Shown here: positions 10,298 to 20,175 of the stretch, piece after piece
How positions within the stretch are numbered: the stretch's first letter is position 1
Layout: every line of letters begins with the position of its first letter
NCBI GenBank assembly: GCA_030550585.1
Contig: JAUQPB010000001.1
Span: 384,001-448,000, forward strand
Length of the DNA: 64,000 nt
Direction: 5' to 3'
Source: Thermoproteota archaeon
GTDB lineage: Archaea; Thermoproteota; Thermoprotei_A; Sulfolobales; Ignisphaeraceae
Notes under the pieces: generated by a model
Seen by the model: the letters and a program-made list of their open reading frames with translations, nothing else
What the model was told of the DNA's origin: nothing
The model's database searches: none
Translations under genes and position numbers: made by a program

Positions 10298-10373
10298 TGC
10301 GGCGGCCGGGATTTGAACCCGGGATCTCCGGCTTGGAAGGCCGGCGTCCTAGACCAGGCTAGACGACCGCCGC
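10298..10373 (-). tRNA. tRNA-Gly(TCC)
   Basis: Cloverleaf; anticodon arm CCGGC-CTTCCAA-GCCGG; GGTTCAAATCC T-arm. Confidence 0.96.
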
Positions 10374-10402
10374 CTTTTGTTAATAATAAAATGATTGGAT
10401 TT

Positions 10403-11110
10403 TTAAGTGTTTGTGGTTTGTTTTTGTTTTTTGAATTCGTTTGCTACATTGGTGAAGATTTCAATTACCTTTCTCTGGTATTCTTGGTCAATCCTATACC
10501 AATACACCGGTTTTTCAAGACCTTTCAATGCTTTAATTAGTAACACCACACCCCTGACAACGTTAGCTACATCAAGTAAGAAGCTTTTGTTTTCTATTGG
10601 ATCTTCTTCAGATTCATGGTATGCTAGAGCCCACGGCGGGATTGCCACACCCATACTATTTAGTGTTACCATGAGATTTTGTATTACAGCCAAAGCACCT
10701 GTGTCATTGCCTACGGCTATAAATCCTGCTACTTTCCCCTCTAATCTGCTTCTACCTTCAATGAATATAGCATTCTCAAAAACTGTTAGCCTGTCGATGA
10801 AGTTCTTTAATGGTCCCGGTACGTTGTACCAGTAGACTGGAGACACAAATATCATTCCATCAGCTTGCTCAACCACGCTATAGATCTTTTTCATATCATC
10901 TTCGTACACACATGGCACTTTGCATAACATAACATCGTCTGAGACACAGCCCTTGCAAGGCTTAATATCATAGTCGTAAACATCGATTTTAATAGCATTA
11001 ACATTTTCAATTTCTATAGCCATTCTCCTCGCAGCTTCAGCTACAAGCCTAGCAACTCCATATTTCCTTGGCGATGCACTTACAATTAAGATTGAGATTG
11101 TTGAGCCCAT
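10403..11110 (-). CDS. Flavodoxin-family / iron-sulfur flavoprotein (NADPH-dependent FMN reductase)
   Basis: SASPRKYG, CKGC..C..C, SPVYWYNVPGPLKNFIDR. Confidence 0.88.
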   Translation of the reverse strand: MGSTISILIVSASPRKYGVARLVAEAARRMAIEIENVNAIKIDVYDYDIKPCKGCVSDDVMLCKVPCVYEDDMKKIYSVVEQADGMIFVSPVYWYNVPGPLKNFIDRLTVFENAIFIEGRSRLEGKVAGFIAVGNDTGALAVIQNLMVTLNSMGVAIPPWALAYHESEEDPIENKSFLLDVANVVRGVVLLIKALKGLEKPVYWYRIDQEYQRKVIEIFTNVANEFKKQKQTTNT

Positions 11111-11386
11111 AAATAACACCTTGACACAATTCAACCATAGTATTGAATATTGTTTTTACAAAATTTTGGGCAACGCCTATACAGTTTGTTGCTAAACCAG
11201 AAACGCTAAGGTAGAAATTATAAGCTTTAATCAATCTAGTTAGAAATTCATTAGAGATAACGATATCGACTATACATTGAATCAGTAGTAATGTCGCATT
11301 AGACAGCATTTGTTAACAGAAAAGTTTTTTATGAGTCTAATACTATTTGACTATAGTATATCGGTTAAGCTGAAGGGTGTAACAAT

Positions 11387-12055
11387 ATGGCTTTAGAGGA
11401 TTGGAGAACATATAAGAGGGTTGAAGCAGAAGTAAAGAAGGGTCTGACGGATGAGATACACGAGTTTCTAACAAAGGTCTTCAACGTATATATCGTTAGG
11501 TTTGGCCCCGATATGTTCAAGTATATAGAGGGTTTGAGGGATAAACTAATTTCTTTAACTACACGTTTTGATAACGATAAATATATAGATTTTTGCGATT
11601 CTTTTTCCAAGGTCTACAAGACAATCATGTTCGATAAGAATGTTGATTCTAAAAGCAAGGAAATAATTAAAGAGCTTGCCCAAAAAACAAATAGTTTCTT
11701 TAATTCCAAGGGTTTGCAGCTATGTGTAAAAGAATTGAAATATTATAAGCTGAAAATTAAGACTTTGTTTAGCGGCAAAAACCTTGATAATGCTATTGTG
11801 AGTATAGAGTCAGAAGGGCGTGTAGTAGCATCAACGAAAACAGATGAAAGTGGCTTGGCAGAAGTCGAGGTACCGGAAGGGAGATACACCATCTATGTAT
11901 ATAAAGATTTTGGAGAAGGAAAATACATCTATGAAGAGAAAGCAGTCTCAGTTCCGCAAGAAATGGAGATAATATTTGATGTCAAGGAGACAAAAAGCAG
12001 ATCAGAAATTGAAAAAGAGCGTGGCGGCAAACCTCTTATAAAAGAGGTTGCATAG
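11387..12055 (+). CDS. Hypothetical protein with carboxypeptidase-regulatory-like beta-sandwich domain
   Basis: TDESGLAEVEVPEGRYTI motif. Confidence 0.6.
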   Translation: MALEDWRTYKRVEAEVKKGLTDEIHEFLTKVFNVYIVRFGPDMFKYIEGLRDKLISLTTRFDNDKYIDFCDSFSKVYKTIMFDKNVDSKSKEIIKELAQKTNSFFNSKGLQLCVKELKYYKLKIKTLFSGKNLDNAIVSIESEGRVVASTKTDESGLAEVEVPEGRYTIYVYKDFGEGKYIYEEKAVSVPQEMEIIFDVKETKSRSEIEKERGGKPLIKEVA

Positions 12056-12111
12056 CTGAGAACAAGCTGTACAACAGCTCAATAACCATCAACATTATTT
12101 TGTAGAGTAGA

Positions 12112-13182
12112 TTACATGATCAGCGTATCGACATCTACCACACACTGTTTTACAAATTCACTGTTTGGAGACTTGAATTGTAGATAAATAGCCGAGTTGT
12201 TTATCACTGCCATCGCTACTATGTTACGCAGATCTTCTATAGAATTGATCTTCATGTTATTGGCCTCTACCAGAATATCACCAACACCTACTTTACAGAT
12301 GTCAACCAATTTTTTGTTTAGAATGCCAACCACTATCACCCCGTTCTCAGCTCTAAGGTTCTTTAGCAAGCTAGATGACTGCAACAGTTTTAGTCCAAGC
12401 TTGACTGTAACTATCCTGCCAAATTTCTTTAACATAAGCAAATCCCTTGCAATTCTTGTAGAAGGTATTGCCAAAGAAAGCTCGTTAAATAGAACTGATC
12501 TTGAGATCGCCATGCCAACAACATTTCCATAGATATCAATTATAGGTGCGCCGCTCATCCCAGGGAGTATTGGCATATTCAACAGCATTAACCCCTCGAG
12601 CTCAGTATCGTCAACCGATGCTTTGACATCTAATCCGCTAACAAATCCATATGTTATAAAGTATCTGAGAAGCCCATAAGCAAAACCTGCCGATAAAACA
12701 ATAGAGCCTATATCAGCCACTGCGTTTCTTATATTCAGGGGCTTACCATTTCTTTCGGTAGCTAAGAAGATGATGTCATCATCTTTGCTCTCAGCAATTA
12801 TAGAAGCCTTTGAATAGTCCCCATCGTATGTCAACACATATAGATTATCCCCATTGCCAAATTTTTTAACAACATGATGAGCCGATAAAATGATGTTCTT
12901 GTCTACATAGAAACCTGTTGCAAGAGAGCTGTTAAAGCAATCATTATTAGTTTGGCCGTTGACACAAGCATCTTTACCAACCATAACCATTACTATAGAT
13001 TCTAATATAGAATGAATGACAGCTTTAACGCTATCTTCCAAACTCTTTAAGAAGGTATGTGAAAATGTGACAACATCATTTATAGGTTTTATCCTAGACA
13101 ATTCTGAATCCCTCTTACTACTTATACCCGCTATACTGCATCTTGATAATAGAACAATTATATCAAGACTGCCCCTCAACAA
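12112..13182 (-). CDS. Divergent HtrA-like trypsin serine protease with PDZ domain
   Basis: SAHHVV, DDIIF, PGMSGAP triad; GDILVEAN PDZ motif. Confidence 0.8.
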   Translation of the reverse strand: MLRGSLDIIVLLSRCSIAGISSKRDSELSRIKPINDVVTFSHTFLKSLEDSVKAVIHSILESIVMVMVGKDACVNGQTNNDCFNSSLATGFYVDKNIILSAHHVVKKFGNGDNLYVLTYDGDYSKASIIAESKDDDIIFLATERNGKPLNIRNAVADIGSIVLSAGFAYGLLRYFITYGFVSGLDVKASVDDTELEGLMLLNMPILPGMSGAPIIDIYGNVVGMAISRSVLFNELSLAIPSTRIARDLLMLKKFGRIVTVKLGLKLLQSSSLLKNLRAENGVIVVGILNKKLVDICKVGVGDILVEANNMKINSIEDLRNIVAMAVINNSAIYLQFKSPNSEFVKQCVVDVDTLIM

Positions 13183-13269
13183 CTAATATCTAGACACCGA
13201 CAGAACAAATCGTTAACCTGATTTGCGAACAAATATAGTTGGCGAGCGAAATCGGCTAGGACTATTCTA

Positions 13270-13560
13270 CTACCCATAATCTTTTTCAATAATATCAATA
13301 TCGCTATATCGAGGGTTGCATGAGTCAACAGGAAAGACGTCAATGTCACTTATGATAACATATGGCATTTCATTTTTTATCTCATTAACAATTTCATTGA
13401 TATTCATATGGTCTGCATTCTCAATACATACAAGTATTTCATCTGAATCTATGTCTTCTATGAAGCCACGTAGCTTTCTTATACGCATTTTCTCATATAT
13501 GAACCCCTTTAATCCAAACCCCCTTATAACGCCTTTGACAAGAATGAAATACGAACTCAT
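13270..13560 (-). CDS. Acylphosphatase-like protein (degenerate active site)
   Basis: VKGVIRGFGLK resembles VxGxVQGVGFR; catalytic Arg/Asn appear replaced. Confidence 0.55.
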   Translation of the reverse strand: MSSYFILVKGVIRGFGLKGFIYEKMRIRKLRGFIEDIDSDEILVCIENADHMNINEIVNEIKNEMPYVIISDIDVFPVDSCNPRYSDIDIIEKDYG

Positions 13561-13748
13561 TTCGTCTTCACCTTCACAATTAATTTCAATTCTAAATTAA
13601 TCTCCAACATTTAGCATATGTGTTAACACAATGTTATTACATTTTTCAATAAAATCTGATTAATAATCTTATCTCAGAAAAGCCTCTTTGCACTCTTTTT
13701 AAGTTCTACCCTACTGCACTATCGATGAACGAATATGTTGATACAGTT

Positions 13749-14696
13749 TCAAAGTTCTTCAATCATAATGGGTACCTCTAACCTGATTACTGATCTTCCT
13801 CTATACAACTCCAATTCTACATAGCCTTTATCAATGCTCTCCTCTATCGCTATTCTAAGATCTTTTACGCTCTTTACACTTTTTCCATTCGCTTTTACTA
13901 TCACATCACCTTCTCTTATTCTTGCTCTATAAGCAGGTGATCCAGGAACCACTCGTACAACAACAACACCTTCTGAGGCTGGAAGCGATAAAACTGATGC
14001 TGTTGTTGGATTTAGTGGCGCTACATAGACTCCTATCCAGACCCTGACAGGTCTTCCAAACCTTCTAAGCATCTCTAGAAATCTTCTCACGGAGTTTATG
14101 GGGATTGCGAATCCTATTCCCTGGGCATATGGTATTATAGCTGTTGTCACTCCTATAGCCTGCCCCTCAACATTTATTAAAGGCCCTCCACTGTTACCAG
14201 GGTTTATCGCTGCATCGGTTTGGATTAGATCCTCTAATATTATGTCCTCGCCAACAATTGTTCTCCCAGTAGCGCTAACAACTCCTAGAGTTACTGATGG
14301 TCCTGGAAGACCGAGCGGAGAACCTATTGCCAGTACAAGCTCGCCAACCTTAACGGCATCTGAATCTCCTAGCTCAATTGGTTTAACACTTCTACGCACT
14401 CTCAGCAATGCTAAATCTCTTTGGTGATCCACAGCCAACACTGTTGCCTCTTCTGATGAACCATCATGATAAAGTACGTTAACGCTTACAGCATTTCTAA
14501 CAACATGAGCATTTGTAATAATGTATCCGGGCTCAATGACAAATCCTGATCCAAAGCCTGTGAAAGGCCTGTAGCCAAATAGTGTAAAGAGATGCGGTAT
14601 CTCCGTTATTATTGTTACAACAGATTCTTTAATATCCTCTACTAGCCTAGATATGTCTGAGCTGATTCTAGCCAAATAAGATTTTGTTGACTCCAT
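13749..14696 (-). CDS. htrA: HtrA/DegP serine protease
   Basis: TNAHVV, DLALL, QTDAAINPGNSGGPL, PDZ domain. Confidence 0.95.
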   Translation of the reverse strand: MESTKSYLARISSDISRLVEDIKESVVTIITEIPHLFTLFGYRPFTGFGSGFVIEPGYIITNAHVVRNAVSVNVLYHDGSSEEATVLAVDHQRDLALLRVRRSVKPIELGDSDAVKVGELVLAIGSPLGLPGPSVTLGVVSATGRTIVGEDIILEDLIQTDAAINPGNSGGPLINVEGQAIGVTTAIIPYAQGIGFAIPINSVRRFLEMLRRFGRPVRVWIGVYVAPLNPTTASVLSLPASEGVVVVRVVPGSPAYRARIREGDVIVKANGKSVKSVKDLRIAIEESIDKGYVELELYRGRSVIRLEVPIMIEEL

Positions 14697-14714
14697 AAGA
14701 AATATTTGAAAAAG

Positions 14715-15401
14715 TTATTTTTTAAAAGCTTTTGCAGCAGCCATAGCCATATCATTTATTACTTTCGCAGGGTTTTGAGCCTTCATTATTGCAGAAGCCA
14801 CCAACACACCTGCTGTTCCAAGCCTAATCGCAGCCTCAACATCCTCTGCAGATGATATGCCTGCTCCAGTGAGAATGATAACATCTTTGTTTACTTCACG
14901 AACCCTCTGCACAGTATTTGTTATAACCTCTGGCTTGGCCTTTGAAACAGCTATTCCCGTTCCTATCAACTCCGGTGGCTCAACAGCTAGCGCCACAGGC
15001 TTTATTGCTGCAATAGCAGCTGCCGCAATTGGTGTATCAGCACAGACGAGGGTCTCAAGCCCATATTTTCTTGCAGCCTCAACAATGGCCACAATCTCGT
15101 CTAGCCTAATTCTGTGCTCACTGTGATTGATGAGAACGCCCTTAACATTCATTTCTTTCAGAGCTGCTACAGGCAACCACCCAGTATAAGCACCAAATTC
15201 ATATGGATCTGCATGCTGTGCAAAGACTGGTATTGAAACCTCTGAAGCAATTCTTCTAAGCTCTGTAGCTGGTGGAATAACTATAACCTCTACATCATAT
15301 TCCTTTGCCGCTTTCTCTGCAGCTTTAGCAATTTCCAACGCTTTTTGGCCAAAAGCTGTATTGTATGCCTTGAAATTGATTGCGAGTACAGGTGTTCTCA
15401 A
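14715..15401 (-). CDS. tpiA: Triosephosphate isomerase (archaeal type)
   Basis: AINFKAY, NHSEHR, VEPPELIGTG; TTG start after SD. Confidence 0.96.
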   Translation of the reverse strand: MRTPVLAINFKAYNTAFGQKALEIAKAAEKAAKEYDVEVIVIPPATELRRIASEVSIPVFAQHADPYEFGAYTGWLPVAALKEMNVKGVLINHSEHRIRLDEIVAIVEAARKYGLETLVCADTPIAAAAIAAIKPVALAVEPPELIGTGIAVSKAKPEVITNTVQRVREVNKDVIILTGAGISSAEDVEAAIRLGTAGVLVASAIMKAQNPAKVINDMAMAAAKAFKK

Positions 15402-15480
15402 GGTGTTTCCACCATTTGTTTGCGAACCCAAAAGCAATTAAGATATATTAAAAAAATAAAATAATTTATTAATTATATTT

Positions 15481-16638
15481 TTAGTCGTGGAGTAGCTCGG
15501 TCTTGACCTTTGGCCCTTTGACTTCGTATAGTTTTGACTCTATGAACCTGTTCTGGAGTTTCTGTAGAACAGCAGGTAATGTTGTGTACTCCATTTCTTC
15601 TGGCCCTAGCCTGTGTGGCATGAATGGTCCGTGCCTTCTCATATAATCTGCTATTACCTGTGCTGTCCTCCTCGCCTCGTCGAATGCTGGGTCGTCGAAT
15701 AGATCAGCTGGGCCTATCAGACGACCGTTCTTAACTTGGAATCCTAGGGCAACTACTCTTGGTGGTCCGTCGAATCTTGTGCACCTAGCATTTCTTTGGG
15801 ATACTGGCATTAGTGGTCCGAAGTGGCTTCCTCTCATCCACCCAGCTACTAGATGTGGGAATGCAAAGGGCTCTAGAACCTCACCAACTGCTGGGAAACC
15901 TGATTGAGCTCTCACAATTGCAACTGGATCATCTTTTCCTACATATTGGCCTGCAATCAGGTTTAGTCTCTCAACCGCTACAACAGCTGCAATTTCATTA
16001 TCTGATTTTCTATAGACCCTTCTAACAACAAACCTCCCGGGAGTGCCTATCAGTGCTAGTATATCATACATTTCTTCAGGAGAATTCATTACGACATATT
16101 TTCCAGCGATAACATCGTATATTTCAAATTTGAAGCCATCATGAAGTTTTGGATCTATTACTAGGCCTGCTGTTGTAAATGGATCTGCGAATATTCTGAA
16201 TAGTGGTAGGTTGAATGCGCCTGGCTCTGTCTTGTCAGCCATGAAGATGACTATGGGTTCTGCAGGCCTTTCAACAAACTCCATTTCAGCTGCAGCAGGA
16301 CCCAAACCTCTCACATTGCCTGAGAAAGCATCTGTTAAAAGGTCTTGGCCTGCAGCATATAGTCCGAGCTCTTTAGCTACTTTTGCTGCTTCTTTAAAAG
16401 CGTTCCATGCTGTTTCATGGATCTCGGGAGCGTCAACGCCTTTTCTATGGGACATTATGAGCTGTAGGTCGTCGCCTACATGAGTCACATAGTAGTCGAT
16501 TATTATGCCTTTGCTTTTTGCCTCGGCAAGAACTTTTGCAGCTGCTGCCATTGTGTCAGGGTGAACCACGTGGTGCCCTGCTAAAGATCCTATATCTGCC
16601 TTTATTACTGATATTGTCGTTTTTTGTTTTTCACTCAA
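15481..16638 (-). CDS. fbp: Fructose-1,6-bisphosphate aldolase/phosphatase
   Basis: KADIGSLAGH, YVGKDDP, GWMRGSH, HGPFMPHRL. Confidence 0.97.
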   Translation of the reverse strand: MSEKQKTTISVIKADIGSLAGHHVVHPDTMAAAAKVLAEAKSKGIIIDYYVTHVGDDLQLIMSHRKGVDAPEIHETAWNAFKEAAKVAKELGLYAAGQDLLTDAFSGNVRGLGPAAAEMEFVERPAEPIVIFMADKTEPGAFNLPLFRIFADPFTTAGLVIDPKLHDGFKFEIYDVIAGKYVVMNSPEEMYDILALIGTPGRFVVRRVYRKSDNEIAAVVAVERLNLIAGQYVGKDDPVAIVRAQSGFPAVGEVLEPFAFPHLVAGWMRGSHFGPLMPVSQRNARCTRFDGPPRVVALGFQVKNGRLIGPADLFDDPAFDEARRTAQVIADYMRRHGPFMPHRLGPEEMEYTTLPAVLQKLQNRFIESKLYEVKGPKVKTELLHD

Positions 16639-16795
16639 CTCATATCCACCATAAATTGTGTCTTTAGATAGGTCTCCTTTTACTCAAATATAAACTTGTT
16701 TAATATGCTTTTTATATCAGAGTAAAATCAGTAAACTATACAATAATTAAATGTACTAAATAATGTATTAAATGTAGCCATCCAAAACAATAGAT

Positions 16796-18604
16796 CTAGG
16801 CTGTGTAGAAATATTGCCCAAGAGCTTTTTGCTCTCTGTCCAAGTAGCTACCAGGTTTGTTTATCCTAGGTCTACCTGTCTCTGGATCCCTTCTAACAGT
16901 TACGCCAACCTCTTTCAAGAATATATTAAAAGCTTTTGAAACAGTTGATGGTGCCATACCCAAACCTCTGACCCCAGGTTCTCCTGTAAAAACCATTAAT
17001 CTATCAACAGCATAGTCTATTAAAAGAATGTTATGATCTATTACAAATATTGGCACCTTTCTATTCCTTGCAACTCTTTTAATTGCTCTAGCAACCGATA
17101 ACTGATCCTCAACGTCTATGTGCGAGGATGGCTCGTCTAGTAGATAAACATCGGCTTCATTTATCAGAGTTTTTGCTATATAGAATTTCTGCAACTCACC
17201 ACCACTCAAACTCTCAAGTTCTTTCTTCAATATTCTGTCTACACCAAGCCTTTTGATTACCTCGATGTATAGCCAATTACCTTCTTCAAGCGCGTTTTTA
17301 TTTACCTCTTTCAAGCATTCTTCAACTATTGTACATTTGCCTCCTTCTCTACTAAGATACTGAGGTTTGTAGCTAATCTTGAGAGCTGGTGATGTAACAT
17401 AACCTTTGTCAGGCTCTAATTCACCAGCTAGAATTCTAATGAAGGTTGTTTTTCCTATCGCATTAGGACCTATTATCCCTATAACCTCTCCCTTCTTAAC
17501 TTTGCCCTCTTCAACTGAAAGCTCAAAACCTCCAAGTTTTTTGTACAGATGGCTCCAAAATATTATATCACTTTCATCGACTGCTACAATGTTCTCTCTT
17601 GAGTCATGTAACCTAAATGTTATTTGCTCATCTCTAATCCTCATATTCTCAGCTGGGAGAAACCCCTTTAGATAATGGTCTATACCAGCCTTTGCAGGGT
17701 AGGTCTTTGAGAAATATCCAAAAACTGCGGGAATTCCATATACAATCACTATAAGGTCTGCAACATAGTCTAAGAACATAATGTCATGATCAACAACAAA
17801 GATGTAAGAATTCTTTGGTTTCAACTCTGTTAAAGCCTTAAGCAAATTAATTCTCTCTCTAATATCTAGAAATGCTGTTGGCTCATCAAATATATATGCA
17901 TTAGCATCTCTCTCAAGAGCTATTGCAACTGCAAGCTTCTGCAGCTCACCACCACTAAGCGTCTTAACCTCTTTTGATAGCATGTTCTCCAGCTTTAGAT
18001 AATCTATAACATCCTTTAATATTCCTCTTTCATCAAATTTTCTCAACAGTTCATGTACGCTACCATGCTTCACATAAGCCTGAATAGCTTCTACATACTG
18101 AACCTTGTACACCACCTTAATCTTTCCACTATACAGCTTGCTAAAATAGTCATAGAATTGCGTACCTCTGAACCTCTCTAAGACGTACTCCTTTGAAGGC
18201 TCTCCATTTAATATTCCAAAATTTGGGATTAACAAACCGGACAAGATTCTCATTGCAGTTGTTTTACCGGCTCCATTAGGTCCTAACACGCCTATGATCT
18301 CATTTTCTACAGGTAGTGGTAGGCCATATAGGCTAAACGCATTTATGCCATATCTATGAACGATTCTTTCCTCTATTTCAGTTGGTAAATTGACTATATG
18401 TATAGCTTTGAATGGACATTTCCTAACACAAATACCACATGCTATACACTTGTCCTCATATATAACAGGTTTTCCCTGTTTCTCAGAGCTGAGCTCAATT
18501 GCTTTATACGGTCTTGTTTTGTTTATGGGACAAAAACGAATACATGGAATACCACATTTATTTGGCTGACACAATTCATAATCTATTGTGGCAATTCTCT
18601 TCAT
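16796..18604 (-). CDS. rli: Ribosome recycling ATPase ABCE1/Rli1
   Basis: N-terminal Fe-S cysteines, two ABC domains (LSGGELQ), C-terminal TGRPRINKPGSYLDREQK. Confidence 0.97.
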   Translation of the reverse strand: MKRIATIDYELCQPNKCGIPCIRFCPINKTRPYKAIELSSEKQGKPVIYEDKCIACGICVRKCPFKAIHIVNLPTEIEERIVHRYGINAFSLYGLPLPVENEIIGVLGPNGAGKTTAMRILSGLLIPNFGILNGEPSKEYVLERFRGTQFYDYFSKLYSGKIKVVYKVQYVEAIQAYVKHGSVHELLRKFDERGILKDVIDYLKLENMLSKEVKTLSGGELQKLAVAIALERDANAYIFDEPTAFLDIRERINLLKALTELKPKNSYIFVVDHDIMFLDYVADLIVIVYGIPAVFGYFSKTYPAKAGIDHYLKGFLPAENMRIRDEQITFRLHDSRENIVAVDESDIIFWSHLYKKLGGFELSVEEGKVKKGEVIGIIGPNAIGKTTFIRILAGELEPDKGYVTSPALKISYKPQYLSREGGKCTIVEECLKEVNKNALEEGNWLYIEVIKRLGVDRILKKELESLSGGELQKFYIAKTLINEADVYLLDEPSSHIDVEDQLSVARAIKRVARNRKVPIFVIDHNILLIDYAVDRLMVFTGEPGVRGLGMAPSTVSKAFNIFLKEVGVTVRRDPETGRPRINKPGSYLDREQKALGQYFYTA

Positions 18605-18682
18605 AATGATTCACCTTAAAAAACAGTAATATTTTGTTAAACTTCATTGCTTTACATGCGTATTTTGACTGTGACTAGCTTG

Positions 18683-18760
18683 TTACCATTCTTCTTCTTC
18701 CCACTCCTCCTCTTCTTCCCACCATTCTTCCTCTTCTTCCCACTCTTCTTCAAACATCAT
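18683..18760 (-). CDS. 25-aa Glu/Trp-rich microprotein MMFEEEWEEEEEWWEEEEEWEEEEW
   Basis: Open frame with GAGGTG SD upstream and TTTTATATA box at 18796-18804. Confidence 0.6.
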   Translation of the reverse strand: MMFEEEWEEEEEWWEEEEEWEEEEW

Positions 18761-18795
18761 AGTACAAACACCTCAAGCATTCATAGGATAGTGGG

Positions 18796-18804
18796 TATAT
18801 AAAA
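18796..18804 (-). promoter_or_regulatory. Putative TATA box for the Glu/Trp microprotein (possibly also ABCE1)
   Basis: TTTTATATA on the minus strand about 35 nt upstream of the ATG. Confidence 0.5.
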
Positions 18805-18867
18805 GCATTTCTCTAGTGTTTGCCTCAATTGCATCGATTTAAGCCTACGATTTAATTTTAATTGTGG

Positions 18868-19443
18868 TCACGATATAAATATATCTGAGTTGCCAGAGAC
18901 CCCCAGCAGAATCAATTTGTCGCAACTGATACTAGTGTTCCAATAGCTAAATAGGTAGTTCATTATGGAAAAACAACATATCTTGGTAAGAACATCAGCA
19001 CTTGTAGCATCTGTGACAAAACATCCTAATGTATCAATTTGTTGCAACACCTCCTCTCTTATACTCGCTATAGTAGCTGTATTCTCTAAGGTTTTAACGC
19101 CAGCATTTACATGTATCAGCGTTACGTAATGAGCTTGACTTTTGCATGCGCTCTCATTAATTTCATTTAATAGCTTTACAACGGTTTTTATTTGCCTGTT
19201 CCCTACAAGTCTAACAAGAGTCTCTATATCCTGTCTTTTCGCAACATTCTCTCCTCGCTTAAATGCCTTCATAGCTTTTGCAAATGCTATTACAGTGCTT
19301 TCTATTGGAAAACAACAATTTTTAATTGAGATACATGTAAAGTTTTTCTCATCAAAGTACCTCTTCAATATCTCACACAAACCTTCACATGGATTCTCAT
19401 GTTGTATTACTAGGTACAATTTATTGTAGCACCTACCCTCCAT
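18868..19443 (-). CDS. cgi121: KEOPS complex subunit Cgi121
   Basis: AMKAFKRGENVAKRQDIETLVRLVGNRQI matches the Cgi121 core; next to the Urm1-like gene and S17e. Confidence 0.75.
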   Translation of the reverse strand: MEGRCYNKLYLVIQHENPCEGLCEILKRYFDEKNFTCISIKNCCFPIESTVIAFAKAMKAFKRGENVAKRQDIETLVRLVGNRQIKTVVKLLNEINESACKSQAHYVTLIHVNAGVKTLENTATIASIREEVLQQIDTLGCFVTDATSADVLTKICCFSIMNYLFSYWNTSISCDKLILLGVSGNSDIFIS

Positions 19444-19717
19444 GGGTTATAGGAATGAAAACAATTTCATCAGTGTCCTCAACTTCGATGTCTTTATATG
19501 GATTGCTAAAAACCCTAATATCAACACCGTTGATTAAAATTAGAAACTCTCCTTCATTGATACGTCCTTCACGATTCAAAAGTTTACCTAGGTTAGGATA
19601 AGTATTTAATACTAGTTGAAAGAATTTGCCTAACTCCATCTTCTCATTGAGTCTGAATTCTATTGTTGAAACTCCCACCACATTCTTTATGTGGCCAACA
19701 AAAACTAGTTTTACTAT
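19433..19717 (-). CDS. Ubiquitin-like Urm1/SAMP (MoaD/ThiS family) protein (start proposed at ATA 19717)
   Basis: ILINGVDI..., C-terminal IPITHGG; beta1 strand VKLVFVGHIK lies upstream of GTG 19681. Confidence 0.88.
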   Translation of the reverse strand: MVKLVFVGHIKNVVGVSTIEFRLNEKMELGKFFQLVLNTYPNLGKLLNREGRINEGEFLILINGVDIRVFSNPYKDIEVEDTDEIVFIPITHGG

Positions 19718-19748
19718 CTTGACTTCACCCTAAAACGTTTGCAAAGTT

Positions 19749-19970
19749 TTATGAAGAAGACTCTTGGGCTTGTACCTGCCTACGCTTTTCTACCTTTATT
19801 AAATGCGTTATATAGCCTGCAATTTGGTTTCTAAGCTTTTTAGATGGGGTGTTAATTAATTTCTTTACCACCTCTTTATTATGTTGGAAGTTCTCTCCAA
19901 ATTCGTTACCATATTGCTGAAGCAGTTTGCGAGCTGTTCTTTTAACTACACTAATTCTGACTTTGCCCAT
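19749..19970 (-). CDS. rps17e: 30S ribosomal protein S17e
   Basis: MGKVRISVVKRTA, SKKLRNQIAGYIT. Confidence 0.96.
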   Translation of the reverse strand: MGKVRISVVKRTARKLLQQYGNEFGENFQHNKEVVKKLINTPSKKLRNQIAGYITHLIKVEKRRQVQAQESSS

Positions 19971-20175
19971 TAAATGCACCTTCTGGACTCTCTTTACATT
20001 TAATGATAACAGATTTTACACGATTTTAAGTCTTATTTAAGTCTTAGTATTCATGAATATTTATAGTCTCTCGATTTTGATGTTTCTCAAATTCATGTAT
20101 ATGGAATGACAGCATATAAGCTTATATAGAACCTCTTTTATACACTAACCATAGATCTTATAGAGGTGTGATTCG

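Noticed and set aside
18683-18760. CTT/CTC-rich tract as a microsatellite or CRISPR-like repeat
   Set aside because: Imperfect triplet pattern is explained by Glu/Trp codons; no spacers. No CRISPR array was seen anywhere in the window
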